Below are positions 25,018 to 35,890 of a DNA stretch of 52,257 nt, one piece after another. Made by a program: the position numbers and the translations under genes. Positions within the stretch are counted from its first letter, which is position 1; each line of letters begins with the position of its first letter. The notes under the pieces are model-generated. The model worked only from the letters and a program-made list of their open reading frames with translations, had not been told where the DNA came from and did no database searches. The DNA is taken from contig NW_021833961.1 of assembly GCF_006345805.1 (NCBI RefSeq), forward strand, positions 1-52,257, written 5' to 3'. The stretch is from Octopus sinensis. Its lineage: Eukaryota.

Positions 25018-25260
25018 TCAAAATAAGCAACAAGGATATCCAGAGGTAATGCAGTACGATCGTTTCATGCAACTCCGTTTAATTGAACAATGCAGTGATT
25101 ACCTCAATTTAAAATGCCGAGCAATCTTCAGCTGCACAAAAACATAGAATTTAATTAAATTAGAACACATGGACACATTAGTATAATTATACCTAAAATC
25201 TCCAAGAAGTTAAGGAGATAGAAAAAGAACATGCTGTCTCACTCCAGCATAGAAGTTACT
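25018..25260 (-). mobile_element. Probable Penelope-like terminal-repeat fragment
   Basis: Carries an intact hammerhead core; PLE assignment is inferred from that motif. Confidence 0.55.
25050..25136 (-). ncRNA. Type I hammerhead motif with palindromic stem III and long stem II insertion
   Basis: UGCAG-CUGAAGA-UUGC...GCAU-GAA-ACGAUCGU-A-CUGCA. Confidence 0.75.
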
Positions 25261-25362
25261 AAGTGTGAGTGCTTAGATAGAAATATATGTGTGCGTATGC
25301 ACGCTCATGTGTCTGGTTATGTGTGAGCTTATGAGTGTATCTTGTATAAATAAACTTGTAGA

Positions 25363-25662
25363 GCACCGCCTTTAGTCGAGTAAATCGACCCCAGGACTTA
25401 TTCTTTGTAAGCCTTTTACTTATCCTATCGGTCTAATTTGCCGAACTGCTAAGTGACGGTGACGTAAACGAACCAGCATCGGTTGTCAATCGAGGTTGGG
25501 GGGTGGCAAACACAGACACACAATCATATACATATATATACGACAGGCTTCTTTCGGTTTCCGTCGACCAAATCCACTCACAATGCTTTGGTCGGCCCGA
25601 GGCTATAGTAGAAGACACTTGCCCAAGGTACCTCGCAGTGGGACTGAACCCAGAACTATGTC
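25363..25662 (-). mobile_element. SINE family B, truncated at both ends
   Basis: Matches the reverse complement of 12245-12660. Confidence 0.88.
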
Positions 25663-26602
25663 TCCCATATGGGAGCCAGACATGTTTTTCAATTTTGCAC
25701 TGCTCAAAGTGCTTAAATTTCTTTGTGGAAGGACAGTATGTTTTGAAAACAACAGTCCTTCTTTTCAATTTTTCAACACTAGGTGCGGGTGATATTTTTT
25801 ATATCGCCACCACCATCTTCTTTCATTTTTTTCAAAAAGCTCGGAGAGCTTTTACTTTGGTAGTTCGACGTTTTCGGTAGCCACCGCAGCAACTGCTGAC
25901 AATTTCTTAACTGGCTCTTCCAGTGAATTTTTCTCTGAAATTATTTCGACCGACATATTCGTTCGAAATAAATTTATACACAATTTAATCCCAGAAAACG
26001 GGAAACCTATAATTTTTTACTTTTTTTCCCCCCCTCTCAACGAGGACAACAGTTCAAACAACGGTCGAAATTAAATTTTTCGCACAATAATAAAAATACG
26101 GTATCCCAAAAAACGGGAAACCTATAATATGTTTTTTTTTTCTTTTCCTCACAACGAGGACAACAGTTCAAATCTCACCCCCGCTAGGGCGGGATGTCAC
26201 AATAAAGCCGACAACGGCTAAAATTAAATTTTTCACACAATAATAAATTAGTTATCTCAAAAAACAGGAAACCTTTTTTTTTTTTTTCCACTTAATGAGG
26301 ATAACAGTTCAAATCCCGCCCCCACTGGGCGGGGAACGACAATAATGCCTACAACGGCTTTAACAAGTTCAATATTTCAACAATTCACAACTGCAAAAAT
26401 GGCTTTACACAAACAATTATTTTCTCCCGTCACCGGGAAAAAAGCACATAAATTTTCAAAGTTTAACAATATTCAACAGTTCGAAAATGTTCAACAATAA
26501 ACAGTCAATAATTCCAACAGAAAAATTATCCATCGTTCAACAAAACGTTCGACTCACCGCCTAAAAAACACGTCTAACCACGAGACATGTAAACAGGCTA
26601 CT
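25663..26602 (-). mobile_element. 5' part of a gag/ORF1-like retroelement (promoter, repeat-bearing 5' UTR, ORF N-terminus)
   Basis: AGT start at 26602; AGACG at +28; tandem repeats 25985-26372; ATG 25956; disrupted frame MSVEIISEKN...PSVEKLKRRTVVFKTYCPSTKK. Confidence 0.6.
26571..26602 (-). promoter_or_regulatory. Internal Pol II promoter of Inr/DPE type
   Basis: A+1 of AGT at 26602; DPE consensus RGWYV (AGACG) falls exactly at +28..+32 (26575-26571). Confidence 0.55.
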
Positions 26603-27880
26603 TTATTTCAAAAGTTTTACCATTAAGGCATTACACAGAGTAGCTTTGCGGGTAGGACAACAACATTAATGAGATGAATGATAAAAAAAGATGAAAATAA
26701 TATTGATGGGAGAAGACAAAAACGCCCGCCGATTTTTACTTCTCTAATACATTATTCTTTTTTAAAACACGAAATGAGTTATTAAACCTCTTAGTTAAAT
26801 TTAACAAATCTTCTTTTGTCTTTCACACAAAAATGAGGCAATAAACCTATTACACTTTACTGAGACACCAATTCTCTTGCTGCCTCATGTTAATGGTGCA
26901 GCCGCAATTCAGGTCTCCAAACAAAATAACTGGGATCTTTTCGGTTTGAACGGCAGTTTTTTTTAAATAATTTCCACGTAACTTAACACTTTTAAACTTC
27001 GTATACTGGTAGAATGTGTTTATAAAACATCTTTTTCTCTTGGCTTTATTGAGAAAATTCTATAGTTTGTAAGATATTTGTTGTTGTTTTTTTTCTTCAA
27101 TTTCTGCAATTTCAACCAATCAATGACGTCTATTGAGGTGAAAACCTTCTGTGCCGTATGACTATGTCCCTCGTTTAAGAAACAGATTGGGTTTATTTAC
27201 ATTTCTGAAGAAAAAAGATACCCTTCCCCCACCCCTAACCCTAAAACAGATTGAAATGCAATAGATCGATACTAGGGTCATAATTATGAGTGACAATTTC
27301 ATATGATACCGCTAGATCTGAAAAGATCCAATAATTGAAATCTTTCTTCGAATAGCACTCCACTATTCGAAGGAAATCTTCTTTCATTACCAGCGCCGCC
27401 ACCTGCGGCGGCCAATGATGAGTTCCAGTACAGGCTGATTCTATCATGCTCTGTTCCACCAGAAAACGCCTTACGAAGTTTTCAACAACCCCTCCCCTGA
27501 AATAGAATACCACATATTCCTTAATTTCCCTGGGAGGATCCACCTCTTCCTCTGTCGGTGGCACGATTCCCACCAAAGAGACCTCGAGACATGCCGGCAC
27601 TGTCCCATTCTTTTTCTTTTTCAACTTTGTTGCGGGAGGGGCTGGCTCCTTCGCCATATCCTCAGGAACCTCGCCTCCACCCGCAACCTTGGGATCCCTC
27701 GGGGAGCAACCATTGTTCCTCCCCTTCTTCCTCTTTCCGGCGGAGGTTAATCCCTCCTCCTCCATCTCTCCTCCCAGAAAAGAAGAGGGAGGGGGTTCTT
27801 CCACAACTAACTGCTCCAGGACTCTGCTCTGGTCCTGGGGACAGTTTTTCTTAATGTGGCCAACCATTTTTTTAGGCTAA
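26603..27880 (-). mobile_element. 3' part of a gag/ORF1-like element (knuckle remnant, C-terminal domain, 3' UTR, AATAAA), interrupted by a MITE
   Basis: GHIKKNCP knuckle end, low-complexity linker and globular C-terminus; removing the MITE restores ...KDFNYFVWRPELRLHH* (stop 26890-26892); AATAAA at 26607-26602. Confidence 0.7.
26933..27329. mobile_element. MITE with 8-bp TSD
   Basis: TIR GGATCTTTTC / GAAAAGATCC; TSD AATAACTG (26925-26932) / AATAATTG (27330-27337); internal CCCTAACCCTAA. Confidence 0.85.
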
Positions 27881-28274
27881 TACTTACCTGATTATTCCTT
27901 TTTTTTTTTTTTTTTTGCTTCTGTATACCTTTTGGAGGAGTTACCTCTATCCTATAAAATATTACCAAAAATGAAATAGATTGACAAGTTTATTTTTTTA
28001 ACCTGTGAAAAGCACGATAGGTGCTGAAATATCGTTCACGTGATAACAATAGCACTCTTCTTTTTTGTGTGTGCTTCTTATACCTTCTGGAGGAGTTACC
28101 TCAATCCTATAAAATATTATTATTATTAATATCATCAAATGACTATATGATAAAATTGTATCTGTACATTTGTTGCTCTTAAGTTAGCTGATATTAATCA
28201 GCTTACACGCACAACACTCCCACATATATATACATACATTGTGTGAGTGTGTGTGTCTACTGAATCCAATAATA

Positions 28275-28440
28275 ACTGATTTTTTTATTGCCCACAAGGG
28301 GCCAACATAGAGGGGACAATGCAAAACATGTGGGGACAGAAAACGAAGAAAAAGAAAACAAAACACGAATGACAAAAAGATGAGATGGAAATAAATAATG
28401 AAATGAAGCTTTTCGGCCCCACCTCCGAGCGACTTAATGT
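28275..28440 (-). mobile_element. SINE A-related variant
   Basis: Tail resembles family A; GCTCGGAGGTGGGGCCGA shared with 28955-28976. Confidence 0.6.
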
Positions 28441-28949
28441 ATACCTTAATTCGATCCCAGACTGTAAAATGTCAACCTTGTCATCTCTTATGATATCCAT
28501 ATAGTCTATGTGTTCTGGTAGTACACTTATGTCTATTTTTTTTTCTCCTAGTATCTAAAGCCTCTTCTTCGATATTAAGGTAAATGAATACAGGTGTTGC
28601 CATCTGGCCGGATTTGTAAAGTGTTGCAATGCTCTGATACGAGAAGGAGGTAGGTAGAATTGGCAGGTGTAAGGTGTCTGCACTAGAATGATTATTGTGT
28701 GCTGACGGATCTGGAGAACCTGTGGAAGGTGCATAGGTATATAGAAAACTGTGAGTGGTGGTCCAGAAAGACAGACACCAGCCTACAATGCCGAAAGGAA
28801 TAAGGTACGTGGACATTTTAATATAAAAATATAATATAGACATTTTCGAAAAAGATGTGAATTAACTATTGTGTAAATAATTGTGTTCAAATGGTGTATC
28901 AAATTGGCTGCTGCTTAGGGTAATGTAAATGGTATTGCAACTGGTTCAA

Positions 28950-29075
28950 TGTGGCCGCTCGGAGGTGGGGGCCGAGCGACTTCATTTCAACTTTCATTGT
29001 ATAATTTCATCATTTTTTTTTGTCCCCACCATGTGCTGTCCCCTCTGTGTAAGGCCTTTATAGTCATAAAATAAA
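28950..29075 (+). mobile_element. SINE A-related variant, inverted relative to 28275-28440
   Basis: GCTCGGAGGTGGGGGCCGA...TGTCCCCTCTGTGT. Confidence 0.55.
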
Positions 29076-30256
29076 ATAAAGGTAGAATTGACTCAGACAA
29101 TCCGTGTTTTTCTGGAACAATATTATATGTTTATATTTGGTTTTGAATGTGACCGATGAAACAGTCAAACTAGCGAAAGAATTACTTTTTGGTCTTGTAA
29201 AATTGGTCATTTATTTGATAGAAATACTTTGAAACAGAATCAGTTGTGCCAATGATTAAATGTCTGGCAGCATTTAGTTAGCAGTTACGACATTCTGAGT
29301 TCAAATCTCACGCGACTCAACTTCCTCTTCCATCTTTGCACGATCGGTTTCTTTATTAGCCACACGGGCCCAAACATAGAGGGGGACAAACAAGAACAGA
29401 CAGGACACCACAAAGGGGACAATACATAGAACGAATATGATGAGATGGTTATACAATAATGGGGTTTTATGAATGGCTTCATGCGCCCCTCATCACATGC
29501 ATTACCATTAATCTTTTTAAACTGTCCGTTTTTATCATATATTTAACTAACACTTAATTATCGTCTACCATTACAATTATTTGAACCGTTATACGTTCTC
29601 TAAAATTGTTCCTGTTTTCCGATATTATTAAGCATAACGTAAAACACTTACTCTTTCGTTTTCCTTTTTTTTCCTCCTTTTTCTTTTCTTTTTCCTTGTC
29701 GATTTGACATACTTATTTATTTTTTAGTAATATTTCATTAGTGGTTCGAATTCTACTAAATCCACTACTGGTGGCAATTATTTGAATTCCACCGTTATTC
29801 CTGGTGGGTCGATGTTATCTCCACACATTTCTTCCCGTCTCTTATAACTTTCCTCTTCAATTACTATCGCCTTCATATCCTCTGCATAGATGTATGCTGG
29901 TACCTTTACTCTTACTATTTGGTTGAACTTGAGTATTTTCTTCTCTGTTTCAATATTCTTCGGGTAGATTACGTAATACCATATACCGTTTCCTTTAACT
30001 TTCTTTCATCTTTGCACGCTTGCCACAGTAATACAGAGCAAAGGGATCGATCTGTCTTGGCTTCAACGCCGAGAAATCAGTTGTTTGATTATTTGAACTG
30101 TTTGCTCATTAAGTTAGTATCAAAGTGGCTGAGTACTTCACAAACACTGATAGAGTGAATGAACGAGTTTGGATTTTGGGTGGATGGATTTGGTTTTTTT
30201 GATGTTAATGATTTGGATTTTTGGTCAACCAAATAACCTGCATGCTACAGTTCGTA

Positions 30257-30511
30257 GGTACTACTAGCGAACAGTGGTCCTGGTGCGCGCTAGCTAGTCG
30301 TAAGTAGTCGATCCTACAGCGACTTTTAAACCTAACCTTAGTTTGTTTATAAAAATAATTTATTTACTTTGTTCGAAAAATATTATTTAATTTTCTTTGA
30401 TATGTATTCACCCTTGAAATACAAACATACGCGCAAGTCGTTGTAGGATCGACTACTTACGACTAGCTAGCGCGAGTACGCGCACCGAGACCACTGTTCG
30501 GTAGTAGTACC
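30257..30511. mobile_element. Inverted-repeat element (MITE or Helentron-associated type)
   Basis: 30257-30325 is the reverse complement of 30435-30511 apart from an 8-nt indel and few mismatches; AACCTAACCT next to the left arm. Confidence 0.8.
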
Positions 30512-30759
30512 CAGATCGTATATCTTTAATGTCATCATTGTCTGGTAGAAATAACAAGGCAGAGTATGTGACAAAGACGACCGTTCGATTACAGAAATAA
30601 TCGTTACAGTTCCCATTTATCCCCGGTTTCACTCATAAGGTATAGATTGACTCAATATTAAGCCAAGGTTGTAGAAAATAATATTTGCTAGAGATGCCAC
30701 GCATTGAGATCGAACTGTGGATGGGAAGACGATTTAGTTTATCGATTTGAGTTAAGATA

Positions 30760-30858
30760 AAAAAAGAATGCTGCAATCAAGACAGAATTGAAAGCGGATT
30801 GTGACCAGCAGTGTATAACAGCATCTAATGGTCTGATGATTACTGTGATACGGTGATA
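30760..30858 (+). mobile_element. RTE-like LINE 3' end fragment
   Basis: MLQSRQN*KRIVTSSV; tail similar to 18185-18268 and SINE D. Confidence 0.6.
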
Positions 30859-30895
30859 TATATATATATTATATATATATATATATATATATTGT

Positions 30896-31024
30896 TGTAT
30901 CTGGGGAGAGTCATTCTCTTTTAGAGTCTTATTACTTAACACACTCACCGGTTCGATTTTTACAAAAAATTTTAGAAAAAAAAATGAGAAGTTATCGAAC
31001 CGGTGAGTATGACTCTCCAGACAC
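30896..31024. mobile_element. Short inverted-repeat element
   Basis: TGTATCTGGGGAGAGTCAT...ACTCACCGGTTCGAT vs ATCGAACCGGTGAGTATGACTCTCCAGACACA. Confidence 0.7.
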
Positions 31025-31087
31025 AAAAAATATGCTTCAACACACGAATTCTCATAAAGAATCTTGCAAACCAAATACAAGGATGAA

Positions 31088-31112
<25 letters not shown>

Positions 31113-31118
<6 letters not shown>

Positions 31119-31280
31119 GTAAGAAGTTTGCTTTCCAACCACATGGTTCCGGTTTCAGTCTCACTGCGTAGCACTTTGGCTCGGGCTGACCAAAGCCTTA
31201 TGAGTGGATTTGGTAGACGGAAACTGAGAGAAGCCCGTCGCATATGTGCGTGAGTATGTATGTGTGTATGCTTCTGTGTG
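31113..31280 (+). mobile_element. SINE family B, 5' half with internal deletion
   Basis: Matches 12218-12370. Confidence 0.8.
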
Positions 31281-31764
31281 TGTGTGTGTAGATTCTCTCT
31301 CACGGTATATAACGTATGTGACCTTTAAATGATATCCCAGCAAGAGCTATAAAAACAATCAATTCCCTCATTCTCAAGAATCGATTAGGTTGATACGTAT
31401 CCATCCGATCGGCTGAACCATTTTTCTCTTCTTGTAAACATCACTCAACTAAAATTTCACTCACAAACTTTCGATTGATTCTTGGCCGCAATCGAAGGCA
31501 TTTGGCCAAGGTGCTGCACTGTAGAATCAAACTGGAATGTATGTTGTCGAGAAGCGAACTTGTAAGCCACAGACACGTGGTTGCCTCGCTTTCTGCCTCT
31601 TTATCGCTGTTCTGTTTCTGTACTAACAAAGATTATATACCTATAAATGGGAACCAAAAAGAAGTCGGGGGCCCTGCATTGCCAATGCAGGGGTGGGGCA
31701 CGAAATCCGTGTTTGGTGTACTTGAAACATTGGGCGCAATTCCAGTACCATTATCTCCTTTCTG

Positions 31765-32170
31765 ACGGTGAATCGTTAGCAAGCCGGACGAAATGCTTTG
31801 TAGTATTTCGTCCGCCCCTGAGTTCTGAGTTCAAATTTCGCCGAGGTCGACTTTGCCTTTCATCCTTTCGGGGTCGATAAATTAAGTACCAGTTACGCAC
31901 TGGGGTCGATATAATCGACTTAATCCCTTTGTCTGTCCTTGTTTGTCACCTCTATGTTTAGCCCCTTGTGGGCAATAAACAGATAAGAATCGTTAGCACG
32001 CCGGGCGAAATATTTGGCAGTATTTCGACTGCCGCTAGGTTCCGAGTTCAAACTCCGCCTTTCCAAAGGATGACTTTGCCTTTCATCCTTTCGGGGTCGA
32101 TAAATTAGTACCAGTTGAGTACTGGGGCCGATGTAATCAATTTAACTCCTCCCCTAGAATTCCAGGCTTT
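31765..32170 (+). mobile_element. Two tandem SINE A copies
   Basis: Two GAATCGTTAGCA heads (~31771 and ~31987). Confidence 0.85.
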
Positions 32171-32324
32171 TAGTTGCATTAATTTAAGCTAAAGTAAGAT
32201 GAAATGCAATGAATACCAGTCATACGCTGAGGTTAATTTAGTGAAATATTCTCAATTCCAATGTTTCTTGAGTCAATATTAGATATTCTTACTTACAAAA
32301 GAATTGAATTTCTTGTATAATCGT

Positions 32325-32538
32325 TGGTTTCAAATATTTGCACAAGGCCAGCAATTTCGAAGCAGTGTTCAACTGGTACATCGACCCCAGTGTTCAACTG
32401 GTACTTATTATATCGACCCCTGAAGTATGAAAGGTAAAGTCGACCTCAGCGGAATTTGAACTCAGAACATGAAGACGGAAGAAATGCCGTTCAGCATGTT
32501 GCTCGGCAAGCTAACGATTCTGCCACCCCACCATCTTA
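32325..32538 (-). mobile_element. SINE A variant
   Basis: Reverse-complement match; local duplication of CAGTGTTCAACTGGTAC. Confidence 0.8.
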
Positions 32539-34009
32539 ACTGACATGTCGTCGTTTCTGATACATCTTCTTATAATATAAGAGAAGCAGTAAAACATAAC
32601 AAGGTATGTCTGCTTGTGTGTATACGTGAGTAGTTTCGTGACGGTATAAGCATTGTTTTACACGCGACTGCTCCGTTTATTTTCCTATCAATCGTTTAAA
32701 TGAAGAACAAGGTCTTCGTTCTCGCTCGAATAGGTCACGTAACATAACATTCTTTATATTCTAACGTCAGAATATCACTCATCACAAATATCACCTCACT
32801 AAACGCCATGCTTCAATTTATTAACTACAGCTTGTCTTCAATTGAAATAATGATATTTTGTTAGTTCGAAAACTATTTATGTAACTGGTGGGAGATTTTG
32901 TCGATTGAGTATAATATCCCTCCAGACCATCACTGCTATTTCTATTGAGAAATTGAAAAAAAAATACAATACGATTGCGTTAAATAACAAGCTTCTTCAA
33001 AACATATTGCCATTAAAAGAAAGTAGAGAGATGTCTGAAAATTATTGGAGGATTATAATTTAAAAGATAATAACATTGTGATATTTTGTTGAGGTTGAGG
33101 TGCATGGAATGCCATTGTCTCTTCTCGCAGTCACCATTTTAATCGCAGACGATGTGGTGAAAGCGAAAACTGGTCAAAAACAAAAGAAAGGAAGAAAGAA
33201 TATAATCGAAGAAGCAGAGTGGAAGGAGACAATTTATTGAACGAAATAAATTATTATTATTATTATTATTATTTTTGTAACGAATGATGGGAAAATAAAA
33301 GAAATACAGAAATAAAGGTAAACGTGAGAAAGAGGGAGAAAGAAATAGTGAAATGAATGTGAAAGTGAGAAAGAGAAAGAAATAGAGAAGTGAAAGTGAG
33401 AAAGGAAGAGAAAAAAAAACAGATAAAAATTGATTGAAACTTTTGTTCAAATAATCGAAGGATATTTTTAAAATATATTTTTTTAAATAATTCAATATAT
33501 ATATTTTTTCTTGATGAAATATGAAAGAAAATATGTTCAAGTTATGACATGTATCTTAGTTAAGTATGGAAATAGTTGAGAGAAATGTAACGCAAACATA
33601 ACTGTCACACTTCTTTGTTGCCTTCCCTTCCCTTCCTTTTTTTTTTCCTTATATGGACTTCATAATTTAAATGTTAAACTCAAGGCAAATCGAGTCAGCG
33701 ATGTAGTTTTAATCTACAATTGGAAATAAGTGCACCTTCTTTAAATTGATTAATTTAAATTCTCTTTGAAAATTCATAAACGTCACTTCCACCAGATATA
33801 AGAAGTTTTTAAGTAAAAACTCATTAATAGTTATAATGATTGCACTTTTGGGTATGGCACAGATCAACCTCGATCAAGTAGGCCTATGATCAAATAACGC
33901 TCAAGCCGAGAAAATACCATCTTTTTTTAGGACTAAATTATTTCATTAGCCAACATTCCTTTTTATCAGACGATAAAATAGAATTTTGCAAACGTTGATC
34001 ACTCATACA

Positions 34010-34143
34010 ATTCTATATTTAAGAGATGAGGAATTATGTACATTATTTACATTTGACTGAAATTTGTCCTCATCTTGTTTGTTGTTCACACAGCCTTCAT
34101 CAGGTGTCTTGGGGAAATTTCGAACCTGAGTTCTCATTCTTAT
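34010..34143 (-). mobile_element. SINE E 3' fragment with the hammerhead 3' half deleted
   Basis: Minus strand GACAC-CTGATGA-A-GGCTG joins directly to TGTGAACAACAAACAAG. Confidence 0.8.
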
Positions 34144-34254
34144 GAAGTTACACGTTATATTTCTTATGTTGCGAGAACGTTCAAATAAATGCCCAGCATA
34201 GTATTACGCTGGATACGACTTAAAAGTAGTGCCCCAACATGGCCACAGTTGTGT

Positions 34255-34465
34255 GTATGTGTGTGTGTGTATGTTTGTGACCCTAACATCGCTTGACAAC
34301 CGATGCTGATTTGTTTACATCCCCGTAACCTAGCGGTTCAGCAAAAGAGACCGATAGAATAAGTACTAGGCTTACAAATAATGTCCTGGGGTCGATTTGT
34401 TCGACTAAAAGGCGGTGCTCCAGCATGGCCGCAGTCAAAAATGACTGAAACAAATAAAAGAATAT
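34255..34465 (+). mobile_element. SINE family B, 3' half
   Basis: Matches 12485-12700. Confidence 0.85.
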
Positions 34466-35062
34466 GATGGATTTCCGTCTACCAAACTTATAAAATATCA
34501 CTGAAGCTAAAGATCCACAGTACCCTCGCTAGGATCGAACTCATAATCGATTCGTTGTAAAGTAACCCTCTTAATAACGCAGCCATGCTTTGCGCCCAAT
34601 GACGATTGTATTTTAGTGGTTTCTTGTTAAAGTGAGTTTTTGTTTATGACAAACCAAAAAAAAAAAACCAACTTCTTTTTATTTGTATTTTCTTATTAAT
34701 TCTCCTTGCAACTGTTTTTCAGCGATGTTTGTTGTGGAGGTTTTTGTGTTGCCAGACTTATGTGCTACTTACGATTGGCATCCAGTTAGTTTCATTCAAC
34801 AAAACAAACATTGTCGAAGTTTTACTGCATTTATCAACTACTTTTGCTTTGAGCGTTGCAGCAAATACTCATTCTTGACTTTTTGATTTTGATTCTGTTA
34901 ACATCATCATCATATCAGCAGTAGTAATTTCTTGTTCTTTATTTATTGTATTGCAAGGGTATTGTATTTAATTTTAACTTGCTCTCTAGGAGTTTTTCAG
35001 TCACTTCAAATCTCTCTCTTGCTTCCTTCTCTCTCTCTCTCTCCATCTATCTATTCTTACTG

Positions 35063-35110
<48 letters not shown>

Positions 35111-35497
35111 TCACACACAAAAATGTGTGTGTGTGTAATTATGTATATACACAACAGAGAGAGAGAAATGAAAGATGTACGCAAGCATGTAGATGTGTCT
35201 GTTTCTATTCATTTTTTCTTCTTTCTTTCGTACTCTATGCTTATACATTTTTCCTATTTCTTTTCGTATTTCTGATGACATTGCTAATTCAATAGAAATA
35301 TTCTCTGTCTGAGAACCAGTTATTTATATATAAATATTTGCTCTCTAAATCTTTCCAGATTCGCATGAAGCTCACTCGTGAAATTTTGTGTATCACTATG
35401 GTATTATCCCTTTTTTATAAACATTTCGACGGATATAACTCTCTGCATAGTTTCTTTCTAGTTTACGTAAATACACACACACACACACATATGTATT

Positions 35498-35542
<45 letters not shown>

Positions 35543-35655
35543 TTATACAAGCATATGTATATATGTGTGTGTGTGTGTGTGTATGTGTATATATATATTT
35601 ATACAAGCATATGTATATATGTGTACGTATATATGTATATAAATGTGCGTGTATG

Positions 35656-35689
<34 letters not shown>

Positions 35690-35890
35690 AAGTTAATCCA
35701 AACAAGAAAACAAAAACAAAAAAATAACAACGCAAGGACGTGGAACAAATAAGGTATTATTGGACGCTCAGGGAAGAAGGAGGGTTTGACGTTTCGAGCG
35801 GAGCTCTTCGTCGGAAACATAGGAGAAGTAAAGATCCCGAGAAGGGAAGACGGGGGAAAAAATCGCTAGTGATGCAGACGAGGTCACAAC
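35690..35890 (-). mobile_element. Penelope-like terminal-repeat fragment
   Basis: Paralog of 37815-38005 in opposite orientation. Confidence 0.7.
35784..35818 (-). ncRNA. Minimal type I hammerhead motif (U4C variant)
   Basis: GUUU-CCGACGA-A-GAGCuccGCUC-GAA-ACGU-C-AAAC. Confidence 0.7.

Noticed and set aside
25985-26372. CRISPR-like array (also considered for 16178-16366)
   Set aside because: Long imperfect tandem units without unique spacers, no cas genes, animal context
27233-27244. Telomeric repeat (CCCTAA)2
   Set aside because: Only two units, internal to a MITE
27241-27867. 208-aa ORF as an intact host gene
   Set aside because: Starts mid zinc-knuckle and its C-terminus is MITE-derived, so it was treated as a retroelement remnant
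33080-33240. ILIADD receiver-domain-like peptide suggesting bacterial DNA
   Set aside because: About 50 codons only, no other receiver motifs, embedded in AT-rich animal repeats
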